From Rhina ancylostomus (taxonomy: Eukaryota): a stretch of 64,000 nucleotides of DNA. Below the pieces are notes generated by a model, which saw nothing but the letters and a program-made list of their open reading frames with translations, did not search any database and was not told the origin of the DNA. This document shows positions 49,521 through 62,254 of the stretch, piece after piece. The first letter of the stretch is position 1. The number at the start of each line of letters is the position of its first letter. The position numbers and the translations under genes are program-made. The stretch covers positions 17,399,643 to 17,463,642 of the forward strand of contig JARFYF010000112.1 of assembly GCA_030265395.1 (NCBI GenBank), given 5' to 3'.

Positions 49521-50496
49521 CTGACAGACACAAAGTAATCAACAGTGAATTTCAAGGGAAAGCATAGAATTTACAAAACAATTTAGAGGCAAAGTAATCA
49601 AAGGATGCAGTTCATTTAGTACATTTTAAGAGAATCTCCAGGGGACAGGACTGCAATCTCTATATATGGCAGCTGGCTAGGTAAGACAGCCTCATCAACA
49701 CTTTCCTCAATTCATTAATTAACTGATTTATGTACAAAGTTTCTAACATGGCACTTCCAGCAAGCATCCAAAATGTTGCACATTACAGAGCTGAAATTAA
49801 AACATTCTGTGAAGACAGACAAACAGCAGAGACTTTCGATATCCCCATTAGTGTTCATGTTGCTAAAAGAATAGGGATTGTCATTTCACTTGAATTCATA
49901 GGTTGAGATGGAATTAATGCAAGTGCATCAAATAGAAGCAAATAAAAGGAAATCCAGTATTTTAAACCTCTCAGAAATGGACTCTTTCTTATAGTTCCTA
50001 AGTCATCTGTAATAAAAGTAGCATATTTATAGTAGAAATTGACGTTCATTTCTCATAATATTTCATTTAAAGCAGCTTGCAGATATTTTGTATTCATAAT
50101 TTTTAAGTAGAACTATTGCCTGAAGTGCCAGCACTCCAATTTGTCAGCTCTCTTAAGAGCATTTATTGTTTCCAAATTTTTTCAACACAATACTCTGAGC
50201 AGGAGAATTTCTGAAACTGACAGAAACTGTAATCCTGCTGTAGGAAATCTTGGAGTTATCAATGTAATAAAGTTCCAAAATATGAAAGGTTGTCCTTCAA
50301 TCACACCACAAATAGAAATAGATTTGAAAAATAGTTAAATCTTTCAACATGGATATTAACCACCAGAGAACACACATGTTGCTAATGATAACATAGAAGC
50401 ACTATCCATGAAAATACCTGCATGTAATAGACAGTTTTTCTCAGTTGCATCTGGAGTATTATTTTTAAACATAAGTGGTGTATCATTGTGCACGGC

Positions 50497-51425
50497 TGAT
50501 CAGAATCAGGATTCTGAACCACAATCAAGTTTATTATCACTAACAAATGTCATGAAATTTGTTGTTTTGTGGCAGCATTACAGTGCAAGATATAAAGACA
50601 TAAAAATTACTGTAAGTTACAAAAATAAATAAATCATGCAAAAGAGGAATAACGAGGTAATGTTCATGGACTGTTCAGAAAGCTGATGGTCCAGGGNNNN
50701 NNNNNNNNNNNNNNNNNNNNNNNNNNNNNNNNNNNNNNNNNNNNNNNNNNNNNNNNNNNNNNNNNNNNNNNNNNNNNNNNNNNNNNNNNNNNNNNNNNNN
50801 NNNNNNNNNNNNNNNNNNNNNNNNNNNNNNNNNNNNNNNNNNNNNNNNNNNNNNNNNNNNNNNNNNNNNNNNNNNNNNNNNNNNNNNNNNNNNNNNNNNN
50901 NNNNNNNNNNNNNNNNNNNNNNNNNNNNNNNNNNNNNNNNNNNNNNNNNNTGATGCAACCAGAATGCTCTCCACCATACATCTGCAGAAATTTGCAAGAG
51001 TCTTTGGTGGCATACCAAATCTCCTCATGAAGATAGGAACCAATGAAGTAGAGCCACTGCCGCACCTTCTTCGTGATTTCATCAATGTGTTGGGCCCAAG
51101 ATAGATCATCTGAGATGTTGACGCCCAGGAACTTGAAGCTGTTCACCCTTTCTACCGCTGACCCCTCAATGAAGATTGGTGTGTATTTTCCCGACTTCCC
51201 CTTCCTGAAGTCCACAATCAACTCCTTGGTCTTGCTGACATTGAGTGTGAGGTTGTTGTTATGACACCACTCAACCAGCTGATCTATCTCACTCCCGTAT
51301 GCCTCCTCATCGCCATCTGAGATTCTGACAACAGTGGTGTCATTGGCAAATTTATAGATGGCATTTGAGCTGTGCCTAGCCACACAGTCATGATTGTGGA
51401 GAGAGTAGAGCAGTTGGCTAAGCAC
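50497..51425 (-). mobile_element. Rex1/Babar LINE RT 3' part, 5' truncated, with internal gap
   Basis: LLYSLHNHDCVARHSSNAIYKFANDTTVV...LVEWCHNNNLTLNVSKTKELIVDFRK...FKFLGVNISDDLSW (FADD mutated to FAND). Confidence 0.93.
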
Positions 51426-53233
51426 AATTTAAATATCTATAGTGATCGTTTGAAATATAGCACTGTTCTGGACCAGAAGTGTAGAGAATCCAATGAAATC
51501 TCATCAATAACTTCCAACTACTTGTTGCCCATTATTGAAAAGATTTTCCTTCAACAAAAGAAAATGATTACAATATTAAGCAACAAGCAACCAGAAGTTG
51601 GTGATGGGATATCCATTGGATTTTCTACACCTCTGGTCCTAAACAGTGCTGAAAGTTACTAAGCTGACCCAAGGTGAACTTCCAAAAGAGAAAACATTAC
51701 AAAAGAGCTGCTACTTGCACTCAGTTCCAGATGCTGGTGCAGGTGGTCTGGAAATGTTTTGCCTGCTGCTGTATGACAATTAGCATAGAGCAAGAAGAAT
51801 TCAGAATGAAGGACAGAGAAAGAAAAATCAGTGAATCTTCAGTTAAATTAAAGAAGGCGGTTGGTGGGGAGTGGTATCAGAGATGTAATGGAAGCTGGAG
51901 CTGGCAGAAACTGTGTGAAGTATCATACATTTGGAGTAAAACATAAGATGTGACGTAATGTACTAGAGTTAATGCAACCTGAAAATGATGCAGTGATGCA
52001 GTGAAACCCATCAATAAATCACTCTTGGATTGAAACAATAAATTGTGCAAAATGACCGGACACGAAAGAATGTAATGGAAGTGGATGAACTGAATACATT
52101 ACAATGCCATGAAATTTATGCACTGTACTTGAGTTGATGTATCCTGCAAGAAATGATGGAACACTGTAGGGAACCCATTTTAGAAGGGAGTACTGCACTT
52201 GTAGCAATACAGTGAAATTTGCTGGAAATCCTCATATCAATCAGGCTGAGATTGATGAAGTTTCACAAGTCAACATAGCAAGTGGAAAGTACATAAAATG
52301 ATATATAACAAGTGATATGAATAAATACATTAAATATGAAAAGATATAAATAACAGATACAAAACAAGACCTGAAATGACAAGCTGGAGCAGAAGAATGC
52401 TCCAACTGAGATCCCATACAATAGGATCCCAAAGTTTCATAACTGATGAGGTCAGAAAGGAACAGGGATGCAAACAGGAGAGAGATTGACAATGAGATAA
52501 ATGCAGACAGATTAATGAGGAGTTAGGACACAAAGAAATTCACAGAAATGAGAATGGAATACATAAAAAGCTTTTGCTACCCACTTAATTACTGAAGATT
52601 ATATCAAAGAAAAATATTTGCAGATTAGTAAATGCATAATACTTTAAATCAGTAGAGGGAAGACAATGTTGGATATGAGAATTAATTTTTTGCTCAAATA
52701 TACAAAAGCTCTTTAATTATTGAAAAAATTGCTTGGTTTATGCTCCTATTTGGAAGAAATCTGGTGCAAGATTCTTATAGCAGATCAGCATTTCTGATCT
52801 CCTTGACTATGCATTGCAGTGCAGAAGTCATGAACACAACGGAGTCAGATGCTGGCTCAACTGACTTCTCATTCTGCTGCTAGACACAACACTGGGTCCA
52901 GGAAAGGAGCATAAACATCCTGAGCCAAGGAGGTAGATACAATTGGTATCTGGACCCTTGGCCTCACACCAGCCATGACTTGTGTAGATAGCATGGTCAT
53001 ACAGTATTCATTTGAATGAGCTTGCTACTGTAACTGGGTGGAAAAAAATGAAGTGCTTTCTATATTTAAACATTCTAATTAATAATGATGATTTTAAATC
53101 AGTTTATAACAGTTAAATGCCTTTAAATAAATTTGTTTTTAATTGTTTTAAATTAAGTTTTAAATCTTTTTGAGTATTTAAATGTGTTTCAACTGATTTT
53201 AAAGGTCTCAGGTCACAATGCATTAAAAGACTA

Positions 53234-53258
53234 TCAGGTCAGGTCAGGTCAGGTCAGG
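53234..53258. repeat. (TCAGG)5 microsatellite
   Basis: Five perfect TCAGG units. Confidence 0.9.
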
Positions 53259-56234
53259 ATTCCCCATCTAAGGCCCAGTATTTGGCCATTATTGTTAAAC
53301 AAGAGATAGTCAATAATGAGAGAAGTGAGAAACCGCAAAAGGTATATGTGGAAAAATGGTTAAGATTATGAAACTTGCCCCAAAAACAAACAAGTATCAA
53401 AGAATGCATACAAATTAGAGAACCTCAAGCTGGAAGATTCGACTGAGCTGATCTACAATAAAGAGTTTAATCTGAACATGACAACTTGGAAAAAATACAC
53501 CAGTTGATTTTTAAAAATCCAAATGATTTAAATTAAAAGCCAAAAATTGAGTAATTTAACTTGACAAGCAAGAAAATTGGCACCAATTACTTAAAGTAAC
53601 TGAGTCAAGAAATAATGAGTGAAAACAATGCTGAGCTACATCACAGACACATCAAATACTAAGCAGGAAAGTATTGAAGAAAGGCCTTGAACTGAAAGTA
53701 TCATTCCAACCAGAAGAGATATTATGGAATATGCCAAGTAATAGAGCAGCAAATCTGTACATGCTCATAAAATTTACTGCACCATTTAATGCTGCTTTTC
53801 TATTAACTGAATTGTATGGTGCCATGTTGCGAATAAAAAGTTAGCCATCTAAAATGCTCTTTCTGCAGTATTATTCTGAAGGCATAGCTAAGTTATACTG
53901 TCAACATTACAAAAGATTCTACCGGTGATTATATGCAGTGAATATCCCTGCCATTCTTAATTCTCCTTCAAAGTATCATTCTCCAAAATCTGAGCTCTTC
54001 AACATTTTTTCATCAAATTCAAAATAAGTGATAGAGTATTTGTTGAAATATGATTCATTAGGTAGAAATTAATATGTGCTAATTTTTAATGTCATAATTT
54101 GAGGCATCAGGATTTATGCTCAGGCTAAACAACGATTCTCACATTCATACACATCCAAAATCAGTTTACACTTCACAATATAATTATAGTGATAACGTAA
54201 TAGAACTTTGTTGTGATTGTAACTAAATTTGCCAAAGAGTTTCTTCAAAATGGATACACTCCAGTGCAATGACAAATTTCTGCCAGCAGTATAAAGTAAG
54301 TGAATGTTTTTGAACTTGATTTTTTTGAAAAGAATGACTGGTATTGGTATTTTTGAACATCCTTTTGCTGCCTTCACATGCATTATTTCATACAAATGGA
54401 TGATGAAATAGAAGTTGCCAAGAAATGAAAGATGCTTGTTCAGTCAATAAAGCATGTAGTTTAACATTGCATTCAAGAGCCCATCAAATTCAGATGAATA
54501 CAAGGTCCAAGACATTGCACAATACTGGCAAAATCTTGGAGTTGGAAAGGTCCTTCCTTTGCCCACTTGCCAATGGAAATCAGGAAATCCAAGAATGGTC
54601 ACGGGGTTGTGGAATGAGTCAGCTGCAACAGTAAAGGCAGAGGGGGAATGGATTCAATGAACCTATTGGTGGTTGGGAGTGAAGTAGCTGGGAATCAGGT
54701 TCAGAGTGTCAGGTTGAGGATGGACAGCTTTGGAAGATGGGGGGACAGGTTGGGCAGGACAGCAAGAGCAGGAAGGGTGGGAATGATGGGAAGGGAGTCC
54801 AAGACAGTTGGGCAAGAACAAAGAAGAGCCACCCGAGGTGACCACCACATTCCACAAGCAAATTCTGCCAGAGACTGAAGCACGCCTCAACAATTTGAAA
54901 TATTCCCCAAAAATGGTGACGTAGAGTGTGTTGCACACTGCTGCCACACATATATCTGAACTCTGGCATCATTAACATTTCAAGTACATGAAGGACCAGG
55001 AATGAAAACTCTGAATTTTGTGCAACCCAGTCAACGATTTTCCCTCACATTTGACATGTCACCAAACTGAATCAAACGGGCCACAAAACATGACATTGGA
55101 TGAAACAACTTCCAGGGAATAGTGTGATTATCCAAGTTAAGAAGATGAATTTAGGTCTGTGCTCCACGGGGAAAGCAATCAAGTGCAGTTTTATATGGAA
55201 TGAAATCTTGGTACTTTGATTACTGAACTTCAGAGCGCAAAGAATCAATCAGCTTCACTGCCATCCCAGTCAATGAAAGCTATTGCTGCTCTGAGCCTAA
55301 TCTATTCCAGGACATATCACATTGTTGGTACTGTTCAACCATGATCTTCCTTCTGAGATGGCTGACTGAAATTTTACTGTCAAGTTCTAGCAATTTTTGA
55401 AGTTCTACCACTTGGCTGAAATTCTCATAAACCATTGCACTGGATCTCAGTGGCTAATGCTGGTGGACTAGTATTTTAGCCTTTATTGGCAGCAAGTGCA
55501 GGACTCCATTCATGCACTCTCATAAATGGAAGTTCTAGACTTAGTGACAGATTCCGGCAATGGTCCCTACACAGAGTCCGGCAGTGGAAACAAGTTGTTC
55601 TGGCTCCAGCTGCAAGGCCACGTTCTTTATTAACACGGAGAGGAACCAAAATGCCAGGTGATCTTTTTCAACTTGCGCTCTTATAACTTGTTAAAAAGCA
55701 AAACACTACAGGCTGTATTGGTGTTCCCCATTCTTATCACTTTATCACTGCCACCACTTTCAATGAGTTTGCACCAAACATATCTTCCACTCCCCTCCCC
55801 TTTCAACATTCCATAATTGACTGTTCCCTTCTTGACTCCCTGGTCCACCCTTTCATCTCCACTAACCACTCCTCTTCTGACTGCACTTTCCCATGTAACT
55901 GCAAGAAACCTAACACCTGCTCTTTTGCCTCATCCCTTCCACCGTCCAAAGACCCAAACAGTCCTTCTGGGTATTATTCACTTGTACGCCTTCTAATCTA
56001 GTGTACTGCATTCAGTGCGTACAATGTCATCTACTTTACAACGAATGATCCAAATGCAGATCAAGAGACCACATTGCTAAGCACCTCTCTTCAGTCTGCC
56101 TGGGCGACCCTGAGCTTCAAGTTGCCTGTCATTTCCACTTTCCATCTCACTCCCACTGACTGATCTGTCTGGAGCTTCCTCCATTTTCCAATGAGGCCCA
56201 AGCTAAGCTTGAGGAACAGTACTTCATCTTCCCT

Positions 56235-56396
56235 TCACCTGTGTTTCCTCATTTTTAGCATAGTAGAGGAATTAAGCGTTATAGGGAAAAGGCAGGTAGG
56301 TGGATCTGAGACCATGGCCAGATCAGCCATGATCTTATTGAATGGTGGAGCAGGCTTGATGGGCCAGATGGCCTACTCCTGCTCCTATTTCTTATG
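56235..56396 (+). mobile_element. CR1/HER1 3' tail nested in Penelope
   Basis: gatcagccatgatcttattgaatggtggagcaggcttgatgggccagatggcctactcctgctcc, with TTCCCT duplicated at 56229-56234 and 56397-56402. Confidence 0.88.
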
Positions 56397-56417
56397 TTCC
56401 CTCTGGGTACCTTGCAG

Positions 56418-56756
56418 GCAGCACACTGGTGCAGCAGTCAGCATTGCCGCATTATGTCTTCAGGGACCCAGGATCAATCCTGACCTTGTCTGCTGCTTGT
56501 GTTTTCCCTACGCCCATGTAGATTTGCTCCAGGTGTCTTGGTTACCTCCGACATCCCAAATATATGTTGAGAGGTTAATTGTTTATTGTAAATTACCCCT
56601 CAGTGCAGGTAAAGTGGAAGAAGAATTAAAGGGAGTTGATGCATGCACAAGAGAGAATGAGTTGAAGGGTTACAAGGAAGTAGGAGAGGGAGAAAGGATT
56701 GATAGGATTGCTCTGCTGGTAACCAGATGACCAAATGGCACTCTTCGAGGAAGTAA
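56418..56756 (+). mobile_element. tRNA-derived V-SINE (HE1-like) nested in Penelope
   Basis: tRNA-like head gcagcacactggtgcagcagtcagc...gggacccaggatcaatcc, V-domain, and taaattacccctcagtg. Confidence 0.8.
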
Positions 56757-57440
56757 GCAAGCTTTCAAGACTCAACATGAATTCAGCAATTTCACTTTTT
56801 CTCTCTGTATTAGAAGTGGTCAGTTCAACTTTGAAGTTATTCAACTGTGATATTAACTCAACTTTTCTCTTCCCACAGACACTGCCTGATTTGCTGGTCA
56901 CTTCCAGCATTCTCCTTTCAGTTTCAGGTTTCAGCAACAGCCCTGACCTGCATTTCATGGCTTTAAAACTTCCATGTGTTTTCTCCCTGTCTCTCTAACT
57001 TCCTTCATTAATCAACCAGAGTGCTCCATACACAAAGTGAAGCCTCATCAATCCCTTCGTCCTATCCATACAGGGATCACTTCTTTCTGCAACATAAAAC
57101 TTCCTAGTTCTTTTAAAAGGTCTTTGACTTGAAACATTTTCTCTTTCCACAAATGCTGCCTGAAATGCTGAGTGTTTCTCGCTCTTTTGAGTGTTTCTCG
57201 CTTATTTTGAATATTTGTTGTTCAATTCCAGGCAGTACACTCTGATACTGGAGCATTCTCCATTGGCAGGGCACCACAATGATTATTATAACTTATATTT
57301 CTATTGATATCCATAATGTTGATTGCTCTAAGGCCTAGAAAGAATTCACTCAAATTATTTGAACATTTTGTTGATAAGAACATTAATAATATTTTCCAAG
57401 ATGAAAAGCCGTAAGAATTATATTGTAGGTCAAGACTTAC

Positions 57441-57496
57441 GTTTCAAAATCTGACAAACTTTGATCCTCAGAGGTTTGACTTAGATCACCAGGTAC
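57441..57496 (-). CDS. SNX29: Sorting nexin 29, internal 56-nt exon upstream of the PX domain
   Basis: Acceptor tttttttttcattactag, donor AAC|gtaagt, phase 0 to 2. Encodes VPGDLSQTSEDQSLSDFE; the split codon AC|G (Thr) joins in frame to 49520. Confidence 0.95.
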
Positions 57497-57762
57497 CTAG
57501 TAATGAAAAAAAAATCATTTTCAATGTTATTGATGTATACTTCATTGAAATGGTCTGTAATGTGGAATCTCAGTATTTGCATTCTCATGCAAAAATAAAT
57601 TGTTCTGAACAAGATTGACATTAAAATATAACATGCAAGACACATTAAAGATTTTCTTCTGAATTGCATTGCTTGCAAAACTGAAAATTATTTATCCTCA
57701 ACATACTACCAAAATAATTTACTGTGGCTGACTCAAATTTCATAGTAACTATAAAATCCTCA

Positions 57763-57877
57763 ATTAAGAGTCTTTGACCTGAAACGTTAACTCTGTTTCT
57801 AGTTTCCCAGCTGCTGCCTGACCCGCTGAGTTCTTCCAAAACTCCAAATTCCAGCACATGCAGTCTCTTGTGTCTCT
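57763..57877 (+). mobile_element. Penelope-like terminal repeat, 5' truncated
   Basis: gtctttgacctgaaacgttaactctgtttct...gctgctgcctgacccgctgagttcttcca. Confidence 0.8.
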
Positions 57878-58574
57878 ATGGAAACCACCTGCGTAGATTA
57901 GCTGTTTACCCCAATGGGAAGGACCATATCTCCCTAATGAAGGGCATTCCAACTGTCTAGGTCAAGGAAGCTTGGATATAAATTGGTAAAGCCAAGCTAA
58001 GCAGACCCTTGTTTCTGGAGGTTTTATTCGTTTTTCTGGAGTGGTAAACATCCAGCTGCTGGTCTTGCTGGAATCATAATGTTCACCAGAATTCTGCCTT
58101 TAAGGATTACAAAGACCCAAGCATAGGATAATGTATAATACAATTGGTTAACAGTTTGGTGCAGGTACAAGGCATCATTGGATAGTCTGCACAGGGGGCT
58201 ACCACAATGGAATAAGCATGGATATGAAAGGAGTTTCAAAGTACAAATTACTGAGCATCTGGCATGACATGAGAAAATAATCAACACACAAGTCAACACT
58301 AATATGCATAAACCTTGAGAATCTAATCTGTGAGACAAACATAGTTTTAGATTAGATTCTGCAATCTAAGCAAGACAGGAGGTGGCCATGCAAAGCTCCG
58401 GACAACTTGGGTGCAGACAATGCCTGACCAAGGAGGATGGCAAGCACCAGGGATAGAAAGGAGCGATGGCTTACAGTCAAAGTGGTGCAGGAAAACCACT
58501 ACCACACCATCACCCGTCTTTTCCCCCACCCAACTTTCCCAGCCTAGGAGTACAAGAGCATTGTTTGTTGCAAG

Positions 58575-59200
58575 TGGCATCACAGATAGACAGGATGGTG
58601 TAAAGGGCATTTAGCATGCTGGCCTTCATCAGTCAGGGCAGTGAGTATAGGAGTTGGGATATTGTGTTGCATTGTATGTCGTTAGTGAGGCCGCACTTGG
58701 GGTACTGTGTACAGTTTTGCTCACCCTGTTATAGGAAAGATAGTTAAATTGGAAGGTGTGCAGAAAAGATTAGAGAATGTTGCCAGGACTAAAGGGCCTA
58801 AGTTATAGAGAGAGGTTGGCCAGGCAAGGTCTTTATTCCTTGGTCCTAAAAGAATGAGAGGCAACCTTATAGAAATGTTTAATATTATGAGAGGCATTGA
58901 TAAGATGGATAGTAACAGTATTTTCCCCAGAGTAGGGAAGTTCAAAATTAGGGGGCATAGATTTAGGGTGAGGGGCAACTTTTTCATACAGAGGATGGTG
59001 AGTATATGGAAAGAGCTGCCAGTGGAAGTGGTTGAGGCAGGTACAATCTTATCACTTGGATAGATACATGGAGGGGTGGGGCTTAGAGTGTTATGGGCCA
59101 AACGCAGGAAATTGGGACTAGCTGAATGGGCACCATGGTTGGCATGGACTCGTTGGGCTGGAAGGCCTATATCCGTGCTGTATTACTCTATGGCTCTAAC
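58575..59200 (+). mobile_element. CR1/HER1 3' region
   Basis: MLAFISQGSEYRSWD, LVRPHLGYCVQF and MRGNLIEMFNIMRGIDK...KIRGHRF...WKELPVEVVEAG, followed by a CR1 tail. Confidence 0.93.
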
Positions 59201-61721
59201 CTCTGGGTGCAAATAGAGAAAACAGTGGGACTCGTTAACTTCAGAAGTTTAACATCAAGGGCTGGGCTGTTGTGCCACCAGAAGTTTAAACTCAAACAAG
59301 GAGTCTCAGAAGTTGTGCTTGTACTTTAGGGGTGGTTTTTCTAAGATTTGGTGTAATTGCAGCAAAACTTTAATCTCTCTGTAACTGCAGCAAAACCATT
59401 CCATCTTTAGCCTTTTAGATTATTTTCTGTGCCTGACCATCTTTGAATCTCTGCTGATTCTAACTTTCAGATTTTAATCACTTTGGAAATAACTCTTTTC
59501 CAACCATTTAGGTAATATTTTAAGATATATGTGTCTTAAGACGTATATAAGACAAAGCCATTTAACGCAGTTTTGTCCATTCTCTCTATCTACTTTAGGT
59601 AAAACTCTGATTAAATTTGCTCTCTAATTGTTCCAAAATCTCAATGATTCAGCATGTGGCTCATCAGGTGATGTTTCCCAAGCTCTCTTTAATTTAACCG
59701 GGGCACTGTATTTTCTGGCCCCTTGGAACTCATGGGGGCCCTGTTTCCGTCTCTTCCTTCAAACCTGTTACCCCACTGCTTTGAAATTCACTGTGATCCT
59801 ATTTCCTGCACTCTCTTTAAATTCACTAAAGTTCTGTTTCCCATGCTCCTTTTAAACTGACCAGGTTCATGGAAAATTTATAAGACTACTGTATAACATC
59901 TAAAAGAAAATGAATTACAAGTGCATTGGTGAGTGGGTTGGATTAACATCCAATAGTCCAGAAAATCTTGGATCAACCTGGCACAAACATCCTGAATCTG
60001 ATGGATTAATGGAGTTTTACTGCGTTGAGAAGTTCCTTCCTTACAGTTTGTATGAGACAAGAACTACTTTTCATTCAATGTCTCCAAACAAAACAGGAAC
60101 ACATGAATGGGCATCAACAATCTCTCCGAATTGTTCCATCTACAATGCTTAATCACACATCCTCAGAATCACTGTGAACAGTTCTACAGGAGGCCTGTTA
60201 ATTTCAATAGAGTACTGTTTTTAACAGGGCAATCAGTGAGTTAATATAAAATGGGCAGCAGACAGAAATGCAATCAAACAGAGGAGCTAACATAAATAAA
60301 TCCCACTTGCTATCCCACTAAATCAACTTAATTATTTGAAAAGTGCAATGGGATTTTAAAACACTAAAATGAAAAATATTGCAAGATAACAATTTCAAAA
60401 TGCACTCAAGACATTTAAATGAAAACAAATCCTCTGCTTCTATCCTTTCCCCTTGAATACAACTAAAATTTAATCAAATTGCTTTCTCTCAATACCAATC
60501 AAATGTCCTATCATCACTGTACAAGAAATCATGTAACTGTTTTGGGAAGGTGATAATTTATATTCTCTGAGATTAAAGTTAATTGTTCTAATGAGAATGA
60601 CACTGATGCCCTTTGTTCATAGAAACCTGGTCAATTAATTTCAGGTCCTCGTTGTTGATTACAGAAGAAAAGTTCCATTATCTGACAGCACCTTCTTACA
60701 GTTTGAAACAAAAGCTACTTTTCAATGAATACTTCCAGACAAACAGATGCATATGAATAAACAGAAATGCACATCAATAACTAGAAATGCACATCAGAAC
60801 TCGCTGATTTCAGCAGTAACAATGATGGATTCCTGCCAGAAGAGAGCCTGTTCAAATATTTCCTGGGGCATGATGTATCATATGGTCTGACTGAGCAGAA
60901 ACAGCTGAGATTTGTTTAGCAGCTCTACCCATCAGCTATCCTTTAATGAAATATGCAGAAGAATGAACATAAAATAGATTTAAATGTCGCTAAATAGGCC
61001 TCAGTTGTATTTAAATCTACCTAAATGTGCCCCTGATGTATTTAAATCTTCTTAAATATGGACAGCACTATTGTAAAAGCTCTGACATTTCATAAAATGA
61101 AATGACAGTGCCTGCCCTCTGACAGACTGTACTGCCAAACGAAATGAAATTTTCACAAAGCTTCTAAATAGAGTAACCTCTTTGCACTGCCTGCATACAG
61201 TCCAATAAGTAACACAGTTCTTTGGCCTGAGTAAAGGTGCTGGAACAGGATGTCAGAAATGATTCACAGTTAATTGTGCTTGACTTTGCCAATATTTTGA
61301 ATGGATAAGGTTGCACTTATTTTAAATAGGTTTTACAATTTAACCTTCATGAGGCAAAACCAGTTCTTGTCCATTTTTCTTTCCCTCACACACTAATCCT
61401 CTCCAATTACATAGAATTATTTGATTTCACATTGGGGTTACAAACATTATTTGTACAGTATTAAATGCGAAACCTCGGCTTTAACTGAGGATGTACAAAC
61501 TTATGCTGTCACTATGAGAATAAAAATTTCTCTAAATATAACTGATATTTGAGGTGATAACAGTATTCAATTACTTTATAATTTCAAAACAGGTCCTCAA
61601 CTAATTCAGTGACATCTCCAGTAAAAGTGTTTTAAAGGTTCTGCCCTCTAAAGTTAGAAAATTAAAATTGTGATCAGCTGCTCGATGTATTTAGAACATT
61701 TAAATTTAAGTTTTTTAAAAA

Positions 61722-61878
61722 ATTTTATTTACAGCGTGGTAACAGGCCCTTCCGGCCCAACAAGTCCACGCCGCCCATTTTAAACCCCATGTTAACCTAC
61801 CCGTACGTCTTTGGAATATTGGAGGAAACCGGAGCACCCAGAGGAAACCCACTCAGACACAGGAGAACGTACAAACTT
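61722..61878 (-). mobile_element. V-SINE (HE1-like), 5' truncated, relatively young
   Basis: ggaggaaaccggagcacccagaggaaaccc...ggagaacgtacaaact (reverse V-domain) plus CR1-derived tail aacaggcccttccggccc. Confidence 0.88.
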
Positions 61879-62254
61879 ATATTCCTGAAAAACTACAATT
61901 GTAGTTTTTGATACAAAAGTTTGAAGACTTCTCTTTAAAATTTGTGTATAAACAGTATATAATAAAAGAGGGTTTCAAAGCATACTGGTTAATAAAATTG
62001 TTTTGATGTGTATTTTAGTTACATTCTTTGTTAGTTAAGAAAAGTCTGTATAATTTTGGACACGTTGAGAAAGAATTCTTCCCCAAATTGTCACATAGTT
62101 TTTGTATGAAGTTATCGATACTTTCCATATGACCAGTGTTGCAATGTAGATGGCCATTTCTATCATTTAATGGTTAAAGATGCTTTCTGGCAAAATTTCC
62201 ATTTGGTCTAAATCTATTTGCTAGCTTAACCAATCAAAAATCAAGTCCCAGACC

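Larger units (their letters stand above)
55715..56800 (+). mobile_element. Penelope-like GIY-YIG endonuclease region with two nested insertions
   Basis: FTCTPSNLVYCIQCVQCHLLY...DPELQVACHF...NEAQAKLEEQYFIF / PLGTLQ / LN..FSNF. End repeats follow at about 56820-56950 and 57100-57230. Confidence 0.9.

Noticed and set aside
53234-53258. (TCAGG)5 as a nuclear-receptor array or telomeric seed
   Set aside because: The AGGTCA half-sites overlap, the vertebrate telomere repeat is TTAGGG, and slippage explains the array.
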